Below the pieces are notes generated by a model. The model saw only the letters and a list, made by a program, of their open reading frames with translations. It was not told the DNA's origin and did not search any database. Below, piece by piece: positions 28,144 through 40,235 of a DNA stretch of 64,000 bases (position 1 is its first letter; every line of letters starts with the position of its first letter). Both the position numbers and the translations under genes were made by a program. This DNA is from Camelus dromedarius (lineage: Eukaryota). The stretch lies in the NCBI RefSeq assembly GCF_036321535.1, contig NC_087437.1, positions 74,898,001-74,962,000 of the forward strand, read 5' to 3'.

Positions 28144-28249
28144 ATCTTTGCCTTAAATGGAGAGTCTTGCCTTCCTCTACTCATTACCAGGAGAAAGAAT
28201 CTTTTGACATCTGGATTTGTGCTAATAACCCTAATCTCCAGGAAAACAG
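28144..28249 (+). CDS. MORC1: MORC1 coding exon G (106 nt; DLCLKWRVLPSSTHYQEKESFDIWICANNPNLQEN(S)), CW zinc-finger core
   Basis: tttag acceptor and AG|gtaatt donor. Carries the CW-domain signature C-x2-C-x-KWR...W-x-C-x2-N. Phase 1 in, 2 out. Confidence 0.97.
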
Positions 28250-29437
28250 GTAATTTTTGATAGTTTTCTAAAATTCTTTATCCATTTCTAATTCCTAAAA
28301 TATGCATGTGTGAAACTGGAAAATGTCAGCTATAGATACATTTTAGCAATAGTAGCTGTCATCTCTGGAAGGGCATTTCGTTAGTGCTCTTTTCCATCAA
28401 GTTGAAAGAGACCTGGGTGTAACTTTTTATAAACAATGGCTGTGCGGCTCTGTGCTTCCACTGTTGGGAGAACTCGACCTGGTGTTTAAAAGTTCTGCCT
28501 TCCAGTTCGTTTTCACACAACATACAATCTTATCGTGCAGGAGTTTTACCTAGAGGGTGTCTCCAGAGGCACTAAACTGTTAGATCATGTGCTTTTTCTG
28601 TTTAAGACATATATTGATTTCATTGCTTTGTGCTCTTGGAGGAAGAAGTTCAAACTAAAACAGGAAAAAGACTGATTAAATATTGATGAATGGCAATGTT
28701 ATTACAAGCCCTTTTTGACTTATATTCTTTTCCTTGGCAGAGGGGAGAGTTAATACTCCTCTTTAACAAAGGCACCCCTAAGTCAAGCATTGCATTTCCA
28801 TGGAGTACTAAGTCCTTTGGCCTGGATAAGTGGATCAATATTACTAATACAGACATTAGGGTAGTAACTCCTGTTTGATTATTTTTATCCAGCCCTGAAA
28901 AGAAAAGCAATTGAAAAAAATTAAAAAGAAGAAAATATTTAGAAACTGCTACTAAAACCCCTTCCACCTGGAGTCCCCAGGTTAATAATATTTAGAGAGT
29001 AATGAAAACTGTCAGAGGTGACAGGGGCTCTTAGATTTTACATGGCCCAGGGGTTTTATTCAATCTTCTTTTCTCGCTTTCAGAACCTGTTTTTTCCCCC
29101 CCAAAATAAAATGTCTCTGACTCCAACTATATGAAACAGATAAAAACAGAACTGTCCTGATTGCATTAGAGACTGAAAATCTGGGGGCCAAAGGTATCCA
29201 CTTCTCACTTCTGTTCCCTACTTTCTGCTAGAGTATAAAGCTCCAGGGAGCATGATTCTAAAACACTGATCTAGTCTCACTTCTTCATTTTAGAGAAGTG
29301 GAAATTGAAGCCCAAGTTGGGGCATGAGAAACCTGTTCATGAAGCCACTGGCCCGGGTTTCTGACTCCTAACCTGATTCCAGCCCTAACTTGGAACAAAG
29401 TTAAAGCTCAGTTCCAATATTAGGAATAGTCTGATGT

Positions 29438-29575
29438 GGGAGGAGGGTGTAGCTCTGTGGTAGAGCGTGTGCCTAGCACGCACGAGGTCCTGGTTTCCGT
29501 CCCCTGTACCTCCATTAAAATAAATAAATTGAATATATATATGTATGCATATATATATGACAATCTTTTAAGAAA
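29438..29575 (+). mobile_element. tRNA(Ala)-derived SINE resembling camelid Vic-1
   Basis: 'ggagggtgtagctctgtggtagagcgtgtgcctagcacgcacgaggtcctggtttccgtcccctgtacctcca' followed by an A/AT-rich tail. Imperfect TSD: aggaatagtctgatgt (29422-29437) / aggatagtgtgatatgt (29576-29592). Confidence 0.85.
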
Positions 29576-29789
29576 AGGATAGTGTGATATGTAGTATTTT
29601 TATTGTTATTATTTTTACCTAAGTATTCTTTAAAAGAAGTTTTGTTGTTTTGGTTTCGTTTTTAAAATTTCTGTGTGGAATGAGCTGTGCTTGGAAATGT
29701 AAATAAAATTTGTTCAAACCCCCAGCTGTTAAAAAAAAAAGTGCGCTGGGGAATTAATAATAATGATCACTTACCGTGAGCTAGGAACT

Positions 29790-29950
29790 TTGATACAGTG
29801 TAGGACAGCGTTTAGAGTTCAGACTCTGGGGCCACCTGCCAGGGTTTGACTCCTGGCTCCATTAGCTGTGAAGCCTTGGACAAAAGATATTACCTCTCTT
29901 TAACTCATCTTTACCATCACATAGAATGGAGGGTAGTAATGGTACCTTTT
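29790..29950. mobile_element. MIR SINE
   Basis: 'cagactctgggg...gggtttgactcctggctcc..tagctgtga..cttggacaa...acctctct'. Confidence 0.65.
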
Positions 29951-32900
29951 GCGTCTTTTCTAGGCCTAGCATAGCCCCTTGTAGGGACTATTTAAGTCCC
30001 TGGTCTCTGGGGGCCCCCTCATAAGCCATGAGAATTTAGGTTCTTCCCACAGTTCTAACCGTGTATCTGTGACTTCTTAGACCAGTGTTAGGTACTGTCA
30101 AACCCACAGAACTGGGATTCTGTCCTCTATCGCCTCCCTTGTCTTCAGCTCACCAATGTCCTTGAATAGGCAGACTTTCGCCCTGTTTTCCTTGAAAAAT
30201 GATGTCATCACAGAACAGTGTAAAATTAGTTTCAAAGCTGTATTAATTCTGTCTCTTACACATCAAAATTCTGCCACTTGTGACGACAGGCAAGATAAAT
30301 TTGCCATGTTGACAGAAAACTGATGGACCTTAAAAGCCTGAAATGCAAAAAAATCTTCTTACATTTATAATTTCTTAAGTCCTTGATTCTTTAAATATAC
30401 TGACATAATTTTGACCATCTGTATTTCATTTCCACTGAAAAGATTATGACAAAAAATATGCTTAAAGTGATAGCAAGAGACTTAGAAATGGGAGATGTAG
30501 AGAAAAACTTCTGATTACAAGGGCAGTTACTTGTGAGTTGACACTTCCTTTACGGGAGATCATTAAACAGCTCTGCAGATGAAGATTCCCAGGGGAAGAG
30601 AAGTTGATCTGAGGGCCTCGCTCAGTCCTCTGATTCAACATGGTTGGATGGACTGTGCATCCTTTGAGAATATGCTCCCAAATAGCAAAACCCTGATATA
30701 AATGTGCAGTGGGATTTGGACAGGATCACTTAAAATAGCTGTATTAAAGTGATGAGAAGTGAAGTATACTTATTTATTAGGCAGATGGTGGAAGGACAGA
30801 GTAATAGGGTGAAAGGTGGCATTGTCTGTGTTTACAGAAAATGTAGTTTATGGTCAGCAGTTAATTGCCAATTGTCAGCTAGGTTAATACCAATGAACAG
30901 TATTTGAATGAACAACGTCTGCCCAGAACTTAGGCAAGAAACATAATAATAGCTCTCTCTTACATAGCAATTATGTCATCTCATCTTTCCAATAACAGTA
31001 TGAACTTATTTCATTTCTCCGAGGAGAAAACAGTGAGGCTAAGGGAAGTCCAGTGACTTGTCCAGGATTCCTCGTTAGACCTGAAATGTGAAGCCAAGCA
31101 CTTTGATGCAAACCCTGCACTTTTTCTGCCTTACCACACCACCCACCCTCTGAAGGGATCCTTATTTCAGGAAGCCTGATTCTAGACACTTTATGGTGAC
31201 AAAACACACCATTTTACAAATGGTATTATTCAGAGTTGGTGACCCAGGCAGGGTAAGATGGAGCCATTGTTTTTCAGACCACTGAAGCCTCTTTTTGTTT
31301 TCCACTTTAGACACAGAGAGAGGCTAGACATTTCTGTCACAGTACCCAGGAAATAGACATCAATACACTTCCATTACATTCATTCTGTGCATTTATCTGT
31401 ATTGAAAATAGGGATCACCAGCAGGGTAAAAATGATGCCTATTTTTTGACTAAACCAAAAAGTCTGAATTTTGAAAAGGATGTTGAAAAATATCTATGGT
31501 CTGTATTGCACATTAAAATCTAATTGTTTCCAAAAATCTTTGAAGACAATTGAATGGATTGCATTTTAATAAAATACCTGAAGTTTCTCTTTCCTAAGTA
31601 AAAAACTTAATGCTGCCAAAAGGTTCTTTTCACAAATGAAATAGAAACCTGTATAGGTACCACCCCACAGGTGTCTTTAAATGAACACTGCAGGTGGTTA
31701 TATATATATAGGTAGGTGTTCCCTGTTTTGTTTACCTACCACCTTTTTTTGAAAATAACAATAAAAACAAATACCATATGTAGGTGGAATTAAGTGTTTC
31801 TTCACAGTAGTACCTGAATTTGATTGTAGTCCTTACACTTCTCTGTTGGTGGGGGCAAGAAAAATATATGCTGCAGCCTTGAAAAATAGAGAAATACAGT
31901 GGGCGTGTGAGGCTTCATTTTCCCTGCACTGTTTCCGGTGGGAGACATCCCTCTCTCTGTTGTCAACCTCCTCCTCCCTTTCCTGGCTTAGCGCTCATTT
32001 ATTTTATAACACTTTCCCTGCTTTGTGGCACCTATCAATCAGGGAAAGCCCTTGTGTTAGGCAGGCTCTAGGAACTGACCTCCCTCTGCGTTCTGCCCCA
32101 CCACCGCACATCCTCAGACACACCCTGAATCGAGGTCCTGTCCGCGAGAGTGGGACTTCTGATCCCTGCCAAGCCTTCATACCAAGGTGAATAAATACAT
32201 CTCAGTTATTCAACAGTTTGGCTAACTCAGCTCTCCAGCACATAGCCATGAAACCAGGAATAGAAAAGAAAAAAAAAGAGGGCTCAAACCTTCCCAACCA
32301 TATGTCTCAAAAATCTTTAGTACTTTTTGTAACCATAAGGGAAGCCCCCATCCACAGCTTGTTTATTGCGATTTACTCACAGTTCTACTTGATTGTGTTA
32401 TACGTGTATTAACCTGCTCATGATTAGAGACATCACAGCAGTGAGGGTGGGAAGCAGGGTGTCGACCAGCAGCAGCCACCCTGACAGCAGCAGGGAGACG
32501 AGGTTGTTAGGACGCTGCAGGCAGGCTCATCCAGGCAGCTGGACGAAGGGCTCCCCCACGTGGCTCAGTAACCCCACTGCCCCTGCCCAGGGCATCGCTG
32601 AGTGCTGCATCCCACCACGTAGTCGCTGGTCTTCACAGTCATCCTGAGTCATCAAACAAAGGATCCGAGGGTTTCAGAAGCAGAATTATTTGGTATATTT
32701 TAGAGAGATATATAGATTCCTATCCCAAATTTTTCTGTGAAAAAAATGTTTGCCAGTAATGAGGTAAGCTTTGGTTATCTAAAAAACATTTTTGCAGAAG
32801 GCCTCATTTCATGATAATGAAGGATAAATGAAGCATTAGTAAATAATGAATATTCTCCCATTCTTGTAAATATATCCTACCCACCACATTTTCCATTAAG

Positions 32901-33104
32901 TTCTTTTCCACGCAGCCTGGAGATTTAAAGTCATGTATTACCTAAACACTCAGTACCATGCTCTATGTGAGAAATGCGGCATTTGAGATTTGGATATAAG
33001 CCAGAGAGTTACTCTTTGTAGAAGTACATAATTTTTTACAGGCAGTAAAAATAATTGTATATTTCCTCCTGACATTGTCTCTTGTCCTTGCTGACTGTGA
33101 AAAG

Positions 33105-33243
33105 TTGTTGTCAGATGGAACGTCTGCCTTCCATCCCTCTGGGCACTATGAACACAGTACCACCATCAAAAACTGAGAAAGAGAAGCAACTTCGAGAGTC
33201 AGTCCAAAGGTATCAGAATCGACTGGCAGAACAGCCTCGACAG
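33105..33243 (+). CDS. MORC1: MORC1 coding exon H (139 nt; CCQMERLPSIPLGTMNTVPPSKTEKEKQLRESVQRYQNRLAEQPRQ)
   Basis: aag acceptor (weak) and CAG|gtgagc donor. Matches recalled human CHQVECLPSIPLGTMSTISPSKNEKEKQLRESVIKYQNRLAEQQPQ. Phase 2 in, 0 out. Confidence 0.93.
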
Positions 33244-36200
33244 GTGAGCAGTTAGTAATTCTTTCCCAAATCTACCAGACTCTGGAGCTGTTGGTTTCAT
33301 GACTACATGTGGTTTACCTAAGTAAAATGTGTAGCCTCTTTTTTCTATCTTTTTTGTCACCTTCTTTAAATTTTGGATCCAAGGACTGTTCTAGAGGTGA
33401 TACAAGGGCTTCAGGGGTCCAGGAGGGGAGAAATCTTCAAATAATAATGTATTTTATACATGTTACCTAAGTCCATCTACATAACAGTGTGTATGAGGAA
33501 CAGGGGAATATATTTCCACTCTAGGATGTGCATACAGCCTCGTGGAGGTCAGCCAGAGTGTCGAAGGTCACATGGTCAAGACTGGGATACAGGTCTGTAT
33601 GATGCCAAAGACTAGACTCTTTTTATTTCATTAGGCTTCCTCCCTGAGGGTAGATTTTTGAGGTAAAGGGTTGTTCTTTTAAAAAATGTTAGCCCATTAA
33701 TACAGGAACTCAAAGTCATATTTAATTGTTAAGAAAATGCAATAAATAAAACATTACTATCAGTAAATGTAGGTAACCATGACAATTGCAAGTGAAAGAA
33801 AAAGTGGCATGCAGAATTACTGTTTTAATCTCCTAACTAATAAAGTAATTACATCTCTGTTCATAGATTTAGCACCCCAATTCAGCATTTTTAAATTGTG
33901 TAGCCTGTCAGGTTCCTCAAATAGAAGCTGAGGAGGTCAGCACCATATGCCCAAATGTCTTGACTCCTGTGAAGTTGTCAGGAAAGAAAATGCTCATCTG
34001 AATAGAAAATTCCCTTTCTGAGTGGGAGTTAAGACACCCAAGCTTAACAGCTGATTATGAACTGTATTCTTGAGTTCTTAGAAGATAAACTTTCTTTTCT
34101 ACCTCAGCTTCGTCTTCGTCTCCCTCCCACTTCACGAGGGATCTGCTGTGTGAGTCCAGCCACCACCTGGGATCACAACCAGAAAAGCCTGACCTCCCCT
34201 TTTAGCCTGTAGTCTCAGGGTCTTTTGGGAAAGATTCTGAAAGTCATTTGAAACATACTCTCCTAAGCATTCTTCAACCCCTAAAAGTGGCTCAACTTTT
34301 CACAATTCTTAGAGCTTCTAGTTGCAGGTTTAATAACACTCGGAAGTAAAGATATCAGCACCTGTGGTTATTTTAATAAACAATTAGGTGCAGTCAGATC
34401 TTTTCAATGTGCAATATCTTAATTTGTTTTGTTTCATACTTTGTTTACCACTCCTTGTAGCTTTGTGAAGGCATTCAGCACATCCTGAATTGATTTTTAC
34501 CTTTATTGCAGTCTCTGGATTTTTTTTTTTACTATCAAGGTCAGAGCTGACCCTTGGATAGAGATGGTGCCAGTCATGATGTCTTAATTACCTTGTTGTT
34601 TGTTTAGTATCAGATGTTTTATTCATCTTAGAGGTAGAGATTTTGATGGAGACTGATAGAGTAACACATTTGAGCCATCTTATTCTTTCTTTCTTGGTAG
34701 TTGATTTTTTTGTAAAAATTTGCTCCAGGTTTATAGATTCAGTCTATTTCAGATATAAATGACAAAGTTTAGCAGTGCTTAAATAGAAACCTACTCTCAT
34801 CAGTTCAAAGGGCATAGAAGATTCCTCACCATCCTCCCCTCCTCCTTTTTGTGAAAATAATTCTCACATCTTTAACACACTGCAGGTACTCAGTACCCTT
34901 AACTGGCCCTGGCAGTCAAGGAGAAGTTTGGTTCCACCCAGCCATGGGCAACCAGTTAACTTTGAAGTGGTCTTTGAGCACATACTTGCCTTTGGGTCTG
35001 TCCAGTGTTAGGTATGGTGGGGAATACAGAGTAATTCTGATACCAGAATGTAGGGCCCCTGAATGCAAGGATAGTCTTGGTTTTATACATCATGAGTCTC
35101 TATTACCTAATACACTGCCTGGCATGTAGTAAGTACTCAGTAGATAGTTGTTGAACCAATAAATAAAACATGCCCTCCTTTGTGGACTGAATCTAATAGC
35201 ATTTAAAATTAGCAACCACTGTAAGATAATACTAGTTCAATACTTGTCTGATCTGTAGCTGAAACTAGATTAGAAGTTTATTACAAGGAGATAGTGAGGG
35301 AAGCTTCATTCAAACAAAGTTTTGTAGAGGAAGCGGCCCTCAGCTTGTATCTTGAAGTCTGTTTAAGGTAAAGAGAGGGAAGGACAGGGTGTTCCGGGTG
35401 AGAAGAACATTATAAGTGAAGACTTGGAGATAAGCGTGAGTTTGTTTCTTCATGGGAACAGTGTTTTAAGGCACATGCTAAACTTATGTATTTTTAAAAA
35501 CAAACAGCATTTGTGTGACAGGTCTGTCTTTTAAACACTGTGTAACTCATTATAAAATATGGTAATTACTGAATAGAAGACCTCTGAAAGGTGACTGCAA
35601 TCCCTTTTTCACAGAAATAATTTATAAAATATTAAAAAGAACTATGTTGGTGACAGCTACCTGCTGTGAGAAAAAAATACTCAAAACCATACAGTGCTCA
35701 GTGAGAATTTACTTCCTTCCTGGCTGCCTTTTAGAAGAAGTGCTGTTAGGCTGTGACACAGGCAAGGGTGGGAAGATCAGAAAAACAGGGCATTGGTGCC
35801 ACTGAGGTTTGGTGCAGATGTGATCAGGTGTAGGGTAGACACCACTGGAAAACCAAATAACAGCTAGAATATGACCATGGTTCCACTGTGTCATCGGTGG
35901 TGCCCATTCTCTCATTATCAGGAAATAAGAAGATGTATGCCATGTAATGATGGTTTGCTCACCTCCTGTTCTCTCTTCCTGCCTCCCACTACAACCAGTG
36001 CTCACTTACCCACTGATTAAGCCTGGGGAGCAAATGTAAAAATGACCTGAATCTGCACATCCCATTTCTTACTCTCTTGCATTTCACCTTTAATGGCAGA
36101 AGTTATCCTGATCTGGAAAATGAAGAATTGGCTTGACAAATCAGAGACCTTTCTGGATCTTAGATTCTTTGGTTCTGTGTCACTGACAACCAGGAGGGAT

Positions 36201-36925
36201 AGAATCATGGTAGGAAAGGTAATATTATTGTAGTAGTACCAGAAATCAGTAGCTACAGACTCTTCTCCACCCCTCATCCACCCTACTGGTATGGAGAGTG
36301 ACAAAGTCTAAATTCTAGGGGCACCTCTGCAGGATGCCCTAGGTAGAGAAAACTCACAGTGAGTCTGAAAACTGTTCTGGTAAACGAAGTGTCCCAGTGA
36401 TTAGATCTTATCCTCTGGGAGGGAATGAAATAACTAGGTCCAAAGCTATCATTTCCACAGATAGTATTGTATTTAAGCCCCATAACATTATAGTAGTTCT
36501 GTCAGTTACAGCAACAGAGGGAAGTGAATTTCAGAGAATTAAAATAACTTGAATCAATCCACACATCTTTAAATGGTGAAGTTGGACTTTGTGTCTTTTT
36601 TTTTTTGCCTACTCCAGCACTGTTCTGCTCACAGTCTCCTACAATAAATACAAAAAGGATATAAGAACATTTACAAAGGCAAGAATCTGATATAATGCAA
36701 ATCCTATTTGTTAAGGGAAATGTGTAAGTTCAGTAAACCTAATAGAAGGGCTCAAGTCCAAGATGCAATTGATAAACTGTATCAACAAGCCAAGAGCCTC
36801 TTCACAAATTGTGCTTCTTTCTGACCGGCGTTCTGCTGTCTCCTTTCTGAGTAGATGAATGAGTATTCCCAGCTCCATGTTTTCCCTCCTTCCTCATTAC
36901 CTGCTGTTTTCTATACCAAGTGGCA

Positions 36926-36943
36926 AGTGCCACCTGCTGGCGA
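36926..36943 (-). promoter_or_regulatory. Candidate CTCF binding site
   Basis: The minus strand reads TCGCCAGCAGGTGGCACT, a close match to the CTCF core CCASYAGRKGGCRS. Motif evidence only. Confidence 0.55.
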
Positions 36944-38857
36944 AGTGATGAAGCATCTTCATTTTCATTGTCACTCTTGATTGTTTAGCTACTAATGGCA
37001 TATCATCTGGGTTATTGTTACTCTGTTTTTCAGTAAACCTAGACAAGAATTTTAAAACCGTAGAGTTACAAAATCAGTTCCTCTGCATTTGAGGACTCTC
37101 TCCAGTCCTGTTTCACCCAGTTCTCAGTTTTAGCTCACAACTTAGTCTCATCTGTCTTCTATTGTCATGCACATGGAATATATTACAGGTGCATTTCATT
37201 CAGGATTTTTTGGTGCCACTTTAAATCCACTTAATGCCTTCAAATCATTATAAGGCAGATGATGAATGTGTGTGTGTGTGTGTATGGCTTGATTCCCTGA
37301 ATGAAGTCTACTCTACATTTACCCATTTGTACATAAATTAATGGGTAGTGTATTTATATAATCAGTATGTTTGTGCATATGTGCTGTATTGCTTATGTAT
37401 CTTTAGGTCTTTCTGGGTTAATCTTCCCTGATTAATGTTAATTTCTCATCCCACTGTCCAGGCTCTCTCTAATCTGACACTAGTCCTTCTTTGGTATCAA
37501 TGTCTTCCCTTTTGTGGAATTCTCCCACTGAGCTGCCCTGTCTTCCTTCTGGGCTGCTCTGGGTGTCCTTATTCCTGCCATTTTGTCTGAAACAACATCT
37601 GCCCCTTCCCTAGCCCTTCAAGATCCAAAAATAATGTCATTGCTGTATGAAGTCTTCTCTCATTTCCCTTCCTGTGAAAATATCTCCTTCCTTCTAGTTC
37701 CCTTTGCCCTTGATGTGTGTCTGTCTTAAGAGCATGTTTCACTTTCTATCTGGCATTATAGTTAGTTGTGTACCTAATCTGTCTCCTATATTCAACTGTA
37801 AGATTTTTGAAAGGGATCATTTTTTATTCATCTTTGCATTCCCAACAACACCTAGGCCTGGACCTTTTATGTAATAGGTTTTTAGTGAGCAAGAAGTGAA
37901 AGATTGAAGGAACACATTGATTTATGCAAAATTCTTCACAAATAGGTTCAAAAATAATAAATATTTTGCATTGGATTGGTTGACACTATGTAGGTTAGAC
38001 TGAAAACCTTCTTCAGATATTACTGGAGACCAAAATGTTCTTATGCTTGGTCAGGATGAAGTGTTGCGTTTGAATGGGAGTACAGGGACTGTATTTGGAT
38101 TTTATTTGTCTTGTTCGTAGTCTTTGCATCAAACGAATAGCCTTTATAAATGCCATGCCTGTTGAAAAGGAACTCCAGCAGTAGCATTCTGTTCTTTTGT
38201 GGTGCTCATGTGGACACAAAAAAATGAAGCAGTGTCGTCTGACCGTTCCCACCTTGGTTGTTTTAGCAGTAAATGTAGAGCAAAAGGGACTCGTCGAACT
38301 TTTAGCTGTGTTTTTCAAATTGAAATGGCATATCTGAGTACGGCTTTGTAATGAAGAATGTGAACGCATTTTCCCATTTAGAATTTAATCTTTTTAATGT
38401 GTCATTATTGTGTAGGATGCTGAGATTTCAGATTTATATAACTACAGGGACAGTTTCCTTAGAAAATATATTTATTCATCAAGAGTAGTTTTCAGCCTCC
38501 TTACGTAAACTGCCATAATCTGAAATTTATGACACCTAAAGACCCTTTCTAACAAGGGGCTGTTGTACTCAGTGTAATTGAAATGTTTTACTTTATTACT
38601 CTTGCTACAAAAATCTCATTTCTATATGGTGATGCATTGCTTTTCCAAAAGGAATAATGCATAATATACTCACACCTGTGGGCCCCGTGTTCACAGCATA
38701 GCAAATGAGTTGTTACTGCTCATGAAAACTCGTTGAGGGCAGGTATCACGTTCATTTTCTCATTTATCTCCCACCACCACATCTGGCTCCGTGTTGGGCA
38801 CAGTACCTGTTGAACAGTAGCTGTTCAACTTCTTAGCTTGGTTTACTTGTCCAAATT

Positions 38858-39352
38858 CTTTTTTTCTTATTGAATTATAATTGATACAGTATTATATTAG
38901 TTTCAGGTGTACAACATAATGATTCAATATTTTTATATTTACAAAATGATCACCATGATAAGTCTAGCTACCATCTGCCACCATACAGAGTTATTACAGT
39001 ATTATTGACTGTGTATTACATCCTCTAATGCTGTACATTAAGATCCTCCGGACTTAACTTATTTTATAACTGGAGGTTTGTACCTCTTAATCCCTTTCAC
39101 CTATTTGGCCCACGTCCTTGCCCCCTTCCCCTCTGGCAGCCACCAGTTTGTTCTCTTTGTCTATGAATCTCTGTTTTGCTTTGTTTGTTTGTTTTGTTTT
39201 TTAGATTCCACATATAAGTGAGATCATATGGTATTTGTCTTTGTCTTTGACTTATTTTACTTAGCTTAATACCCTCTAGGTCCATCCGCATTGTCACAAA
39301 TGGTAAGACTTCCTTCTCTTTTATGGCTGAGTAATATTCCGTTGTGTGTGTT

Positions 39353-39397
<45 letters not shown>

Positions 39398-40235
39398 CAC
39401 ATTTTCTTTATTTGTTCATCTATTCACGGACATTTAGGTTGTTTCCATATATTTGATTTTGTAAATAGTACTGCAGTGAACATAGGGGTAATATTTTTTT
39501 TAAATTAGTATGTTTGTTTTCTTCATATAAATATCCCAAAGTAGAATTGCTGGATCATGTAATAGTTCTGTTTTTAGTTTTTTGAAGAATGTCCATACTG
39601 TTTTCCATAGTGGCTGCACCAGTTTACATTTTTACCAACAGTGTGCCAGGTTTCCATTTACTCCACATCCTCACAAATAGTTGGTTTTTTTTGTTGTTTG
39701 TTTGTTTGTTTATCTTTTTGAGAATAGCCATTCTAACAGGTGTGAGGTGGTATCTCTTTCTAGTTTTGATTTTCATTTCCCTAATGATTAGTCATATCAA
39801 GAATCTTTTCGTGTGTCAGTTGGCCATCTGTGTGTCTTTGGGAAAATGTCTATTCAGGTCCCTTGCCCATTTTTTAAACAGGTTGTTTGTTTTTTGATAT
39901 AGAGTTGTATGAGTCCTTTATATATTTTGGGTATTAACCCCTTATCAGGTAATATCATTTACAAATACCTTCTTCCATTCAGTAAATTGCCTTTTCCTTT
40001 TGTTGATGGTTTCCTTCGCTGTACAAAAGCTTTTTCGTTTGATGTAGTCCCATTTGTTTATTTTTGCTTTTGTTGCCCTTGTCTGAGGAGAAATGTCCAG
40101 AAAAAAATTTGCTAGGACTGATGTCAAAGAACATATTGCATGTTTTCTTCTTGCAGTTTTATGGTTACATTTAAGTCTTTAATCTATTTTGAGTTTATTT
40201 TTGCATATGGTGTGAAAAAGTGGTCCTCCAGTTTA
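38858..40235 (-). mobile_element. 5'-truncated L1 (3' UTR plus ORF2 C-terminus)
   Basis: T-tail and L1 3' UTR. Minus ORFs read KAKINKWDYIKRKSFCTAKETIN and EYYSAIK. Confidence 0.92.
39344..39396. repeat. Interrupted (GT)n microsatellite in the L1 3' UTR
   Basis: Read directly. Confidence 0.97.

Noticed and set aside
29438..29515. tRNA-Ala gene
   Set aside because: The B-box/T-arm is degenerate, and the A-rich tail and TSD-like flanks indicate a SINE.
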